Shown: positions 48,709 to 61,176 of the stretch, in pieces
Position numbering within the stretch: position 1 is the stretch's first letter
How the letters are laid out: every line of letters starts with the position of its first letter
Origin: Mobula hypostoma
Taxonomy: Eukaryota
Assembly (NCBI RefSeq): GCF_963921235.1
Contig: NC_086108.1
Span: 86,120,001 to 86,184,000 of the forward strand
Direction of reading: 5' to 3'
Length of the DNA: 64,000 bases
Notes under the pieces: generated by a model
What the model saw: the letters and a program-made list of their open reading frames with translations, nothing else
Databases searched by the model: none
What the model was told of the DNA's origin: nothing
Made by a program: the position numbers and the translations under genes

Positions 48709-50319
48709 AGGCGAGTGAAGCTCTTAGGCTGAGCCCTGGATGTGCCAAATAACGGCCATTTGTGAAACCCTGAAAGCGGGTCCTATTCCCGAAAAGAACC
48801 ATAGTCAGCATGTAACTTCAGGTCAGGGTCTTCAAGGATCCTTGAAAGGGGAAAACAGAGATATTAAAGATGGAAATAGAGCTGTTTCTGAAGATGCAAG
48901 CAAAGGAGTCACCGTTAGGTGCCATTAACCCTCCTAAGCTCCTTCCCTAGTCAGAGACTGGAAAATTGCAAAATGTCACTTCACTTTTTAAGAAAGGAGG
49001 AGGGCAGCAGAAAGGAAATTATGGTCCAGTTAGCCTGATTTCAGTGGCTGGGAGGATGTTGGAGTCAATTGTTAAAGGATGAGGTTATGGAGTACTTGGT
49101 TATACGTGTCAAGGTAGGATAAAGTGAGCATGGTTTCCTTAAGGGAAAACCTTGTTTGATGAACCTGTTGCAATTCCTTCAGGAGATCACAAGTAGGATA
49201 GATAAAGGGGATGCCGTGGATGTTGTATATTTGGACCTTTAAAAGGCTCTTGACAAGGTGCCACACATGAGGTTGCTTACCAAATTAAGAGCCATGGTAG
49301 TACAGGAAAGTTACTGGCATGGTTGGAGGATTGACTGATCGGTAGGAGGCTGAGAGTGGGAATAAAAGGATCCTTTTGTGGTTGGCCAGACACTAGTGGT
49401 GTTCCACAGGGGTCGGTGTTGGGACCTCTTCTTTTTTATGCTGTATATCGATGATTTAGATGATGGAATAGATGGCTTTGTTGCCAAGTTTCCAAATACA
49501 AAAATTGGTTGAGGGGCAGGTAGTGTTGGGGAAGCAGGCTGCAGAAGGATTTAGACAGATTGGGAGAATGGGCAAGAAATATAAAATACAAGTGGCAGAT
49601 GGAATACAGTGTCCGGAAGTGTATAGTCATCCACTTTGGTAGAAGGGATAAAAGTATGGACTATTTTATAAACAGAGTAAAAATTCAGAAATCAGAGATT
49701 CAAAAGGACTTGGGAGTCCTCGTGAATGATTTTCTGAAGGTTAATTTGTAGGTTGTGTCAGTGGTAAGCAAAGTACATGTAGATCCAGGCTAGGCTTACC
49801 CCTTCGATGTGGTATTTGGTCTAAATTCTCACTATGAAAGTACCTCAACAGGAGCTCTATTTGTCTATTGGCCTAAGGAAGCATTTAAATATTGATGAAA
49901 ATATGTCCACAATATGAATCATGACAGAACAACATCTTCTTTCCCTGATTCCATGACTCCCAGATCTTTGTGATTTCCCCTAAATTTGAACTTTTTTTTT
50001 AAAGAAATTGTTAATTTTATGGTGAAAATATAGCAAAATTACTATTGAACAATAGCTGGTGGAGACGTGAATTTTTTTGGGACTAACTGGAGAAAACAGG
50101 ATGTTTGCCACTGCTATGTCTTTGGGAGACTCCATATTATTCCTGAGCAATACAATATTTGAAGTACACACAATGTGATGGGATTTTAAACAGGAATACC
50201 ACTTTATTAGATATACTGCTTGGAAAAGACTAGGATGATAGTAAGGGCACCAGATTTGTAAGGCATTTCCAGGTGGAACGATCGCATTCCAGAAGCATCC
50301 ACTAAACATGATGTATTAT

Positions 50320-51000
50320 CGAAAGTGCAAAGAGACTTGGGAGTGCTAGTACAGGATTCCCAAAAGGTTAACTTGCAGGTTGGTTTGCTGTATGGAAGGC
50401 AAACATAATGTTAGTATTCATTTCAAGAGGACTAGAATATAAAAGCAATGGTGTAATGCTGAGACTTTATATATCTTTGGTTAGATCACACTTGGAACTT
50501 AAAAAAGAATGTGCTACCGTTGGAGAGGGTCAAGGGGAGTTTTATGAGAATGTCCCCAGGATTGAAAGGGTTGATGTATGTGGAATGTTTGATGGCTCAG
50601 CACTTGTAATCATTGGAGTTTAGAAAATGAGGGGTTAACTTATTGAACCCTATCAAATATTAAGCCTTGATAGAATGATCATGGAGATGTTTCCAGTAGT
50701 GGGGGAGTCCAGCAGCAGAGAGCACAGCCTCAGAATTGAAGGGTGTTCCTTTAGAACAGAGATGGGAAGAAATTTCTGTAGTTAGATGGTGGTGATTCTG
50801 TGAAATTTATTGCCACAATCATTGGGGATATTTAAATTGTAGGTTGATAGTTTTTTTGATTAGTAAGGGTCAAAGGTTATGGGAAGAAGGCAAGGGAATG
50901 GCGTCGGGAAGGAAAATAAGTGAACCACGATTGAATAGCAGAACAGACTTAATTGACTGAACGATCTAAATCTGCTCCTATTTGTTATGGTCTTATGGTA
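50320..51000 (+). mobile_element. Older CR1 3' fragment (separate copy)
   Basis: MLVFISRGLEYKSNGVMLRLY and tail TTATGGTCTTATGG. Its start overlaps in homology with 49690-49775, so it is not a simple continuation. Confidence 0.8.
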
Positions 51001-52744
51001 TCGGTCCATTTCCATCTCATGGTCCTTATCTGAAGAGGTGTGTGAGAAGGCTGCTTGTTCAAACATCAACCTATGGAGAAGCTCTGTTCATCACAAAACA
51101 GGATCTTAATCAGGGTAGTAGCAGCTCCAAAGTAGTAGTAATTCCATTGATAAAAGCTTCAATGATAGCAGCTCCAAAATAAAGTCAGAGTTTGATTTTG
51201 AGGGCTCCTAGTGGACGGCTATTATACAATTCTCTTTAAGGTAATCCCTCATTGTTTATCATAAAATGTTACGTTGGTTGACTAAGAGAGCCATGTCCAG
51301 TCATATTTTCCGATTTCCAGGGTTGTCCCCTTCTGGCAATAGAGTACCCCCTCCTGGCAACTCATCCTCCATTTGTAAAACCACCAAATTTCTATTCCAA
51401 TGTTATAAGGGAAGTGAGTGAGAACATTGCAAAGATCCAAATGATAATTTTGCAGAATTCTTTGATGCAGGGATCATTCCTTTAGGCTGGAAAATGGCAT
51501 CTATAACTCCACTATTTACGAAGGTTGTATTGTAATGACACTATTTTTGGCACTCAGAATGAAGATGACAATCCAACTTATTGACCACAGTAGTATAGGT
51601 GACCAGAATTAATTTTACACATAATTTATGTTATTCATGCACCCAGTCCATCCTTTTGGAGAAATTATCCAACGTTCCTGGTTATAGATTCACAGAGGGA
51701 TAGAACATTTAAACAGTACTTTTGGCATAGAGTCTGTGCTCATCATCAAGAATTTACTTGATTTAATCCTGCACTGCACAGTTCTATTTTATTCCTGTCA
51801 GCCCTCCATGGATTTATTTATGGATATTTATAGCTATAACTTGCAACAATTTACAGTGGTTGATTAACCTACCTATCTTTGGGGTGTGGAAGAAAGACCA
51901 TGTGATCGTGGAGAAACCGTGCAAACTGTCTGTCAACAGGGGCGTTCAGGATTGAATTCGAGTTACTAGAGCAGTGAAGCTGTAATTCTGTTGTAGTTTG
52001 CTTTCTTGCTTCTTTACATAGAGTGCTTGCAGAACAAATTGATTTTGCTGTACAATGTTGCTTATTGTGTGTCAGTGAGTTGGTTCACTCATCTCCAAAT
52101 TAATAGCTGAGGTTATGTTGACAATAAATTCTCTGATTTAAGAAAGGTGAGTGAAAAAAATCCAGGAAGTTATAGTTTTAATAGATTTACACATGCTGTT
52201 AGGAAATCTAGAGTCCACAATTAAGAATTGAGTATTTGTGCATTGAAAACTGTTACTTGACCTAACATTGAGTTGTTGTATAAAGAGGTAACTAAGCACT
52301 GAACAGGAGAATCAAGTCGAGACACCAAGTTTATTAATGTATGTGAATATTACTTACATGGATTTCCAGAAGCCATTTAGTTAAAGTCAAAGCCATGGAA
52401 TTGAAAACCATATATTGAAAGAAATTAGATGAACATCAAAGATGAAATATAGAGTTAATGTCCAGGTATTCATATTGTAAGGATGTGATTAATGAGGTCC
52501 TTTAATGATTTGAATTAGAATGCAACTGTTCATTATGAGTACAAATGTCTTGAATAATGCAACAGAAAGTCCAGAATTAAGGTTTATCATTGACACAAAG
52601 ATACACAGTAATATTAATATTTTGAACTTAATATTTTGAAGAAATATTCATAAGTTGAATGAATTTACAACACTGTACCGATGGAGACCCTTTGTAGTTT
52701 AAAGAAATATTGGAATAAAAAGACACCAGTTATCCCCTACCACC

Positions 52745-53928
52745 TTTTTTACCATTGAATGCCTCAACTATGATCCAACTCAATGCAAGTACGTTTCCAT
52801 ATAGCCAAGATAACCTTCAGATGTAGAAAGACCGAATACTTTGCCTTTTCAGGACATCAGGGATGTCCTCCTTCATCAAAGAACAGGGTTTCCCAATCTA
52901 CAACATTGATGCTGCCCTCACCTGCATCTCCTCCATTTCCTAGGCATCCACACTCGACCATCATCCCACTGCCTTATCAAGGTTAGAGTTCCTTTTGTCC
53001 TCACCTCACCGCTACATTAGCTTCTGCTCCCAACACATCATTCTCTGCAGCTTTTACTATTTTCAATGGGATTCTAACACAAAACGCATCTTTATGTTCC
53101 CTCCCAACTCTCCGTTTTCAGCAGTGATCATTCCCTCCATGATTCTCTTGTGCATTTGTCCATCCCCATTGGTTTCCTTCCTGGTATGTATATCTGCAAG
53201 TGACAAAAATGCTACACTTGCCCACTTATCCCCTCCCTCACCTCTATTCAGGGCCCAAACAGTCCCTCCAGGTGAGGCAATACTTCACCTGTGAATCTGC
53301 TGGGTTGTCTGCTGTATCTGGTGCTCCTGATGCAGCACCCCTCTGCACTGGTGAGATGTTCCATAAATTGGAATTCCTATTTTGGTTCCTATCTCCGTTC
53401 CCTTTCCAATATGTCGGTTCACGGCCTCCTCTTTTGGCACAATGAGGCCACTCTCAGGCTGGAGTAGCAACACCTCATATTCTGTCTAGGTAGCCTCCAA
53501 CCTGATGATATGAACACTGATTTCTCCTTCCAGTGAAGTTTTGTTTCCCCTCCCTCTTCCTCTTCTTCTATTCCCCATTCTAGCCTCTTACCACTTCTCC
53601 TCACCTGCCTATCACCTCTCTGTGGTATTGCTCCTCCTTCTGTCTCTCCCATAGTCCACTCTTCTCTCCTATGTGTCCTTCTTCCCCAACCCAATGATCA
53701 CCTCCCAGCTTCTTACCTCACCCCTCCCCCACCCACCAGGCTTCATCTATCTATCACCTTCTTATTCTGGCATCTTCCTCCTTCCTTTCTAGTCCTGATG
53801 AAAGACTTCGGCCTGAACATTGACTGTTGATTCATTTCCATAGATGCTATCTGACCTGTTGAGTTCCTCCAGTATTTTGTTTGTATAGCTCTGGATTTCC
53901 AGCATCTGCAAAATCTCTTGTGTTTAAG
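52745..53928 (+). mobile_element. Degenerate Penelope-like element (RT C-terminal region, GIY-YIG, terminal repeat)
   Basis: GPKQSLQVRQYFTCESAG and CTCAGGCTGGAGTAGCAACACCTCATATTC, homologous to 61177-61958. Degenerate hammerhead at 53791-53825. Confidence 0.85.
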
Positions 53929-54874
53929 GTAGAGTCAGGTTTTTTTAATGATGTCAATTGAGAAGCAGCAGTGTTCCAAAGTGGCCCAAAGGGATGGGGG
54001 AATGCATATGCACAGGTCACCCCAGAAAATAACTGAGTTTGATCTTAAGTCAATTTTGTTCATAAGTTGGAAAAACCACAAACACTATTTGATATGGTAA
54101 CCATTCCTCCACAGTATCATAATGAACAGCATCAAAAGCAAAAAAAAATTGATAAGAATAAACGTTTACTTAAAGTAGAGAGAGAGGAAGTGAGTTATGC
54201 CATTCATTGGAACAAACAAATGGATATAGATGAGACTTTGAATTTAATAACATTGGGGACTTAAGTCACATTTACAGGTATCTATAATTTGGCATTCATA
54301 ACTCAGAGAGACCTGCACATAGATGATAAAAATGACATGGATAGGTACAGAAAAGAGTGAAAAAATAGTGAAAGACCAATAGAATACTGCTTTTTATTCT
54401 CAGAAGACAAGAACACAAGAGACTAAAAGTTATGCTTTGATAAAGTTATGCCTGATTTAACCACATTTATAGTACAATGAGCAGATTTGAGCATTACAAC
54501 TTAGGAAGGGTATATTGACAATGAATGTAGTGCATTGATAATTTACTTCAATGCTGCTTATATTTGAAAACTTGAATTAATTAAAAGGAGTTCAAGATCT
54601 TAAATCTGCAAGATCTTAAGAGTATAAATATTGAGAAACTAATTTTTCTTGTGGCTAGTCTTAGACTGGGTGTGCAGTCTAAGGCCTGTCTTTACAAGAA
54701 CAAAGTTAGGATACATGTCTATATAGTAGAACTTAGGAAGTTTCTTCAACCATCAACAATTGGTGCTAACTTTCTCATTAATTATAAATCTGACACTGAT
54801 GAATTTTTGATAACCAAATGCCATGAGGAACTAGGGGCACATAGACAGGATTTTCTGTAGAGGCACATCTTGAG

Positions 54875-55015
54875 CAAGCACACAAAATGCTGGAGAGTAA
54901 ATCAAGCAGCAATCTATGGGAGGAAATAGGCAGTCAACATTTCGAGCTAACATCCTTCATCGGGACATGGTGAAGGGTCTCGGACTGAAACATCGTCTGT
55001 TCATACCCCTCCCAT
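54875..55015. mobile_element. Inverted pair of Penelope terminal-repeat fragments, each with a degenerate hammerhead
   Basis: Minus 54932-54966: GTCCCGATGAAGGATGTTAGCTCGAAATGTTGACT. Plus 54968-54998: TGGTGAAGGGTCTCGGACTGAAACATCGTCT. Confidence 0.7.
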
Positions 55016-55756
55016 GCCTCTTTATGGCACATCATATTACCACCACCTCCACCAGGAATATAAAGGCTGGAATTAAACATGGCACTAGGACATTGAAATA
55101 AAGTTTTCCTAAACAACCGATCCGAAGGTTCAAAATTAAAATACTGTAATCTAAAGATAGATCTAATATACTGCCAAATCCTAATATTAAGCTGTGATGT
55201 TTATGTACTTGTACACCACACATTCTACTTGCCTTGGCAATTGCTCCCATACAATATGGTAACATTTTAACAGGTTTGTCAATTAACACATCTAAATATT
55301 TTTCCTGCTGTACATTATTAACTTCATTTATTATTGTGAAATGATGCTTACTGCTTTTAAATTCCAATATAACTTACTTTGCATATCTCAACATTAATTA
55401 CTGTTTGTTCATTTGTCAGTTGCTATTAGTGTGCAGACTGATTGTGGAAAGAACAAATCATCCTAGCACTAACTACTAATTGCTGGTGCACAATTTACAA
55501 ACATGGAAAGAACTCAATTTTCTGGGTGGAAGTAGGTGAAGTGAAATGTACACAGGAAATATGCTTGGTATGAGCTTGAGCCCTTCAGTTAATGTGGGAA
55601 ATGTCACATTCTGGATGACTAAGTAAATTATATTCTCTGATCCCCTTGAGTCATTTGACCAAAGGGCAATGGTGTGATTCCATGCTCACATTGGCCGCTG
55701 GTGTAATATGCTGATCCATATGCAGTTAATTGAGATTAAATGTTAAAGTCAATATA

Positions 55757-57363
55757 CAGTGCCTATAAAAAGTATTCACCCCCCCCCCCCAGAAGTTTTC
55801 ATTTTTTATTGTTTTACAACATTGAATCACAGTGGATTTAATTTGGCTGTTTTTACACTGATCAATGGAAAAAGACTCTTTTGTGTTAAAGTGAAACAAA
55901 GTGATCTAAATTAATTACAAGTATAAAACACAAAATAATTGATTGTGTAAGTATTCACCCCCTCCCCCTTTAATGTGACTTACCAAATCATCACTGGTGC
56001 AGCCAATTGGTTTCAAAAGTCACATAATTAATTAAATGGAGATCTGTTTTTGTGCAGTCAAGGTGTTTCAATTGATTATAGTAAAAATACACCTGTATCT
56101 GGAAAGTCCAACCGTTGGTGAGTCAGTATCTTGGCAAAAACTACACCATGAAGATAAAAATCTGTGAAAAGGTTATCGAAAAGGACAAGCTAGGAGAAGG
56201 ATACAAGAAAACTTCCAAGTCACTGAATATCCCTTGGAGTACAGTTAAGTCAATCATGAAGAAATGGAAAGAATATGCACAACTGTAAATCTGCCTGGAG
56301 CAGAACATCCTCAAAAACAGAGTGACCGTGCAAGAAGGGGACTAGTGAGGGAGGCTAACAAGAGACCTGTGACAACTCTGGAGGAGTTACAAGCTGCAGT
56401 AGCTGAGATGGGGGAGACTGCACATACAACAACTGTTGCCCGGGTGCTTCACCAGTCACAGCTTCATGGGAGACTGGCACAAAGAAAGCCACCATTAAAC
56501 AAACTTCACATGAAATATCAGCTATTTTGCCACAAGGCATGTGGGAGACTCTGAAGTCAGATGGAAAAAGTTTATATGGTCTGATGAAACAAAAATTGAG
56601 TTTTTTGGTCATCAGACTAAACACTATGTTTGGCCTAAGTCAAACAATGCACATCATCAAAAACACACCAACCGTACTGTGAAGCATGGTGGAGGCCACA
56701 TCATACTGTGGGAATTGTTCACTGCAGAAGGCCCTGGAAGGCTTGTGAAGGTAGAACGTACAATGAAAACAGCAAAATATAGGGAAATCCTGGAGGAAAA
56801 CCTGATGCAATCTGCAAGAGAACTGCGACTTGGGAGAAGAATTGCTTTCTAGCTAGGAAATGGCCCCAAGTGTAAAGCTAAAACGACACAGGAATGGCTT
56901 AAAAACAACAAAGTTAATGTCCTAAGTCCAAGTCAGAGTCCAGAATGCAATCCAATTGCAAATTTGTGGCTGGACTTGATAAAGGCTGTTTATTCACAGT
57001 TCCCATACAATCTGACAGAGTTTGAGCAGTTTTGTAAAGAAGAATGGGGAAAAATTGCAGTCCGGATGTGCAAAGTTAATAGAGACCTCTCCACACAGAC
57101 TCAAGGCTGTAATTGCTGCCAAAGGTGCATTTACTAAACACTGACTTGAAGAGGGTGAATACTTATGCAATCAATTATTTTGTGTCTTATATTTGTAATT
57201 AATTTAGATCACTTTGTAGAGATCTGTTTTCACTTTGACACAAAAGGGTCATTTTCTGTTGATCAGTGTCAAAAATGCCAAGTTAAATCCAGTGTGATTC
57301 AATATTGTAAAACAATAACACCTGAAAACTTCCAAGAGCAGTGAATACTTTTTATAGGCACTG
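55757..57363 (+). mobile_element. Full-length Tc1 transposon with long IR/DR-type terminal repeats
   Basis: TA|CAGTGCCTATAAAAAGTATTCAC ... GTGAATACTTTTTATAGGCACTG|TA. About 200-bp imperfect inverted repeats with inner AAGTATTCACCC copies near 55950 and 57155. Confidence 0.95.
56148..57144 (+). pseudogene. Tc1 transposase, frameshifted
   Basis: GYKKTSKSLNIPWSTVKSIMKKW (HTH), RRGLVREANKRPVTTLEELQ, WSDETKIEFFG and TVKHGGG. The second catalytic-Asp block is mutated and contains a stop. Confidence 0.9.
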
Positions 57364-57374
57364 TATAAGTCTTA

Positions 57375-57590
57375 GCATGGTAAGGTATGTTAGCACAGTG
57401 TTTTACAGGGGCAGCGATCAGTGATAGGGGTTCAATTCCTGCCACTGTCTGCAAGTAGTTTGTATGTTCCCCTCATGACTTCATTGATGTTTTTCTGGAT
57501 GATCCCGTTTTCTCGCACATTCCAAAGACGTACAGGTAAGGGTTAGTGAGTTATGGGCATGTGACGTTGGTGTCAGAAGCATTAAGCAAG
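57375..57590 (+). mobile_element. V-SINE (HE1-like)
   Basis: B-box GGGTTCAATTCC, then GTCTGCAAGTAGTTTGTATGTTCCCC..CACATTCCAAAGACGTAC V-domain-like core. Confidence 0.7.
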
Positions 57591-58449
57591 CTGTTTACTC
57601 TAGCTACCTGCTTTGTAAGGATATTAGGAACTCTCACACTGTGATTAAGTGGAGCAACCAAAGTAAACAAAGAGAATTTTTTTTTCAGAGCTGCTCTTAA
57701 AAATATGTTCCATTGATTTGTCTGAGATCATTTATCATCAGATTTAGCCTTTCTGTGGAATGTCTTACGCTGGATAAAACTGGTGAGAGTTCCAAGGAAG
57801 TGGCTGCATCCTGCAAACCCCTGCACACAATGTGATTATGTCGACCGTCTATAGAGGGAGGGGAAAGAGAAAAGAATAAGTTTTCAGCCTCATTTCATAG
57901 TGTTTAAAATCAGTACAAAATACTATTAGCACAACATTGGCTTAATGCCTTGACTTGCACCAGAATTTAAGTGTCTACACGTCATACATGAGTAAAGGCT
58001 TGTGCTCACAAAGTCTATTTAAATTGAACTAAGCCTTTTCTTAAGGAGAGAATCTTTTTATTTGTTGGATGTGAGCCAGTTTGCTGCTTTTATTTCAATA
58101 ATTAGTGCACCGTAAAAATTTCTGAACTTTGCTGGATAAAATAATGGTGTTTGATTTTTTACTGTTTGAGCACTCTGTTTAACTGACCCAAATATTAGCT
58201 GTTCAAATACGTGGGCTTCCAGGCCATATATAAAGAACAATGCAATGAATAATACATAATTGTAGGCTGTGTCAAACATATAAACGACTACTTTAATTTT
58301 CTATTCCAAAATGATTTGCATTGATTTCCACTCCTCCAGCTCATCTTTTTTTGAATTTCTAGGGAGGGAGGTAAAATAGCAGAAGGTTGGTATGATTTTG
58401 CAGCTTTGCCTTGCTCTGCAGCGTTGGACTACAAGTGGATGCAGTACAA

Positions 58450-60170
58450 GTGTAGTATGACCAATTCCTTATAAAGCCTCAACATTACTTCCTTGCTCTT
58501 ACGTTCTAGTTCTCTTGAAATAAACACTAACATTGCATTTACCTTCCTTACCACTGACTCAACCTGCAAGTTAACCTTTAGGGAATCCTGCAAAGCACTC
58601 CCAAGTCCCTTTGCACCTCTCATATTTGAATTTTCTCCACATTTACCTCTTCTACTAAAGTGTGGTCTCCCTGTTTCCTCAACACAACTTGGCCCTTCAC
58701 CTATTTTCATATCATCCGCAAACTTGACCACAAAGCCATCAATTCTGCCATCTAGATCATTGACATATCATGTGGAAAGAAGCAGTACCAACACAAACGC
58801 AAGCAGCCAAACAGTAAAGGCCTTCTTCATTCCCACTATTAGCCCCCTGCCTGTCAGCCAAACTTCGATCCATGCAAATATTTTTCCTGTAAGACCGTGG
58901 GCTCTTGTCTTGTTAATGCAGCCTCATGTACATCATCTTGTCAAAGGTCTTCTGAAAATCCAGTAAACAACATCCACTGACTCTTCTTTGTCTATCCTGC
59001 CTGTATATCCTCACAGAATTCCAACATTTGTCAGGCAACATTTTCCCTTACAGAAAGCATACTGATTTTGGCCTATTTTATCATATGCCTCCAAGTATCC
59101 CAAGATCTCATCTTTAATAATGAGTACATCTTCCCAACCACTGAAATCAGGCTAAATGACCTATAATACTCACAACACGCTGGAGGAACTCAGCAGGTCG
59201 GGCAGCATCCATGGAAAAGATCGGTCAACGTTTTGGGCCGGAACCCTTCATCAGGACTGTAGGGGGAAGGGGCAGAGGCCCTATAAAGAAGGTGGAGGGA
59301 GGGTGGGAAGGAGAAGGCTGGTAGGTTCCAGGTGGAAAAACCAGTGAGGGGAAAGATAAAGGGGTGGGGGGGGGAGCAGGGAGGTGATAGGCAGGAAAGG
59401 TGAAGAAAGAATAGGGGAAAACACAATGAGTAGTAGAAGGAGGCGGAACCATGAGGGAGGTGATAGGCAGCTGGGGAGGGGGCAGAGTGACATAGGGATA
59501 GGGGAAGGGAGGGGGAGGGAATTACTGGAAGTTGGAGAATTCTATGTTCAGACCAAGGGGATGGAGACTACCTAGATGGTATATGAGGTGTTGCTCCTCC
59601 AACCTGAGTAGCTTCATCATGGCAGTAGAGGAGGCCATGTATGGACATATCTGAATGGGAGTGGAAAGCAGAGTTGAAGTGGGTGGCTACTGGGAGATTC
59701 TGTCTGTTTTGGCGTATGGAGCGGAGGTGCTCGACGAAGCGGTCCCCCAATCCGCATTGGGTTTCACCGATGTAGAGGAGGCCTCACTGGGAGCACCGGA
59801 TGCAATAGATGACCCCAACAGACTCACAAGTGAAGTGTTGCCTCACCTGGAAGGACTGTTTGGGGCCCTGAATGGTGGCAAGAGAGGAGGTGTAGGGACA
59901 GGTGTAGCATTTCCGCTTACAGAGATAAGTGCCAGGTGGGAGATCAGTGGCAAGGGATGTGTGGACCAGGGAGTCCTATAATTTTTATAATTTCTTTTTT
60001 TTCGCCTCCCTCCCTTCTTCACCAGTGGACTGAAAATCACAGTTTTCCAGTCCTCTGGTGTCATTACAGAATCTAGTGATTCTTGAAGGATCATTCTTAA
60101 TGGCTGCACAACCTCTTCAGCTAGCTGGTGTGTAGACCACCTGGTCCAGGTGACTTATCAACTTTCAGAT
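58450..60170 (-). mobile_element. CR1 RT fragment split by a Penelope insertion
   Basis: VKFADDMKIG and NAMLVFISR on one side; LQESLDSVMTPEDWK..KKGG on the other. Confidence 0.85.
59168..59974 (-). mobile_element. Penelope-like element 3' fragment (GIY-YIG plus terminal repeat)
   Basis: 8-bp TSD CCTATAAT at 59160-59167 and 59975-59982. GDRFVEHLRSIRQ..PVATHFN. Hammerhead motif at 59223-59258 with GAAA mutated to AAAA. Confidence 0.9.
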
Positions 60171-60689
60171 TGATAAGTGTTATCTGTTAAGGTACTGTAT
60201 TTGTTTGAAGCTGTCCTGCAGGCATAAAACTTGCAGAAGATTTCCAGACCTTAAGACTTCCAGTATATTATGAGCAAGATTTGAAGCAGCAGTCATGGCA
60301 TTTCCCAGTGCTCAGTTCAGAGATCTCTCACATGCAGCTGCCCAGAAATAACTTCCCGATGATCAGTTCAACTCAGAATTAGGAGTAAAAGCTCAAAAAA
60401 TGATAAGGGGGGCTGGATTGTGTTTAGTTGAGCCCACTGTTCGGTGTTTTTGCTCATGTTAATTCAATTGTTGTCCAGATATGTTGCTGAAAAAAAGGAG
60501 TGTTCCATGAAAACAGATTGGGCCTCATGTGACAGATCCTGAGGCCCTGTTTCCCAGAAACATTTTATAGCCATTTGTGGGTAACTCATAGACCATGCTC
60601 TACATGCAGAGGAAGTGCTTACAAATATCTCTGGAGTTCAGAGCATATTCTTTTTATTCTTTTTTTTTTGCTGCCTAGTAGCTCATCAT

Positions 60690-60902
60690 AGTGGCATAGT
60701 GGTGCAGGAGTTAATGCTGTTGCCACAGAGCTTCAGAATTTGATTTGGTAGTTATCTTGAACATTGTCTGTATTGGGTTTGCACAATCTTTCCTTGAGTG
60801 AATTCTCACTTCTCAGTGATTTTCCACTGCATACTCAGGTTTTGTCCCGTATTACAAATATGTATTGGCTGGTAGGTTTATCGGTTACTGTAAAATTATC
60901 CA
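60690..60902 (+). mobile_element. Highly degraded V-SINE
   Basis: GGCATAGTGGTGCAG head, GTCTGTATTGGGTTTGCACAATCTT core and GGTAGGTTTATCGGTTACTGTAAAATT. Confidence 0.5.
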
Positions 60903-61176
60903 TAGACCAAGATAGTTCGCATGCAAGAGAGAATTTATCTTTTTTTTATTCATATGCAAATGCATACAAAAATGAATGTCATGGTTGTATATGGTAACAT
61001 AGAGGTACTTTGATAGTAAATTTACTTTGGCTTACAGGGAAATCTGTAGGCGAATGGGACTGATGTGAGTATACTGAAAGTGAATATACTGTAAGCTTGA
61101 TAGAGGGAATGGTTTCCAATTACATCATAAGAAATATAGGAAATAAAAATTAAGCAAAAGAAGATAAGTAAAATAC

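Larger units (their letters stand above)
45507..48950 (-). mobile_element. Family X copy E, split by a Rex1 LINE
   Basis: 45507-45905 matches 23595-23990, and 48525-48950 matches 23995-24380. Confidence 0.8.
43578..49775 (+). mobile_element. CR1 LINE (ORF1 esterase, APE, RT), degenerate, interrupted at about 45507-48950, 3' end missing
   Basis: VLVHISTNDI, DGLHL, YDVVAITESWL and DHNMIEFNLKF. The ORF2 phrase DSGMV|..DWKIA is split exactly by the insertion; SGVPQGSVLGP near 49400. Confidence 0.9.

Noticed and set aside
51119..51180. Direct repeat TAGCAGCTCCAAA around a weak hairpin
   Set aside because: Two short copies only, with no supporting context.
57689..57782. 94-nt segment with good splice signals (TTTTTTTTTCAG ... 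CTG|GTGAGA)
   Set aside because: Stops in all three frames. It could only be a non-coding exon, which cannot be supported without RNA data.
59265..59525. Purine-rich G-tract region as an independent G-quadruplex element
   Set aside because: It is the low-complexity spacer of the Penelope terminus, also seen at 53540-53790 and 61560-61850.
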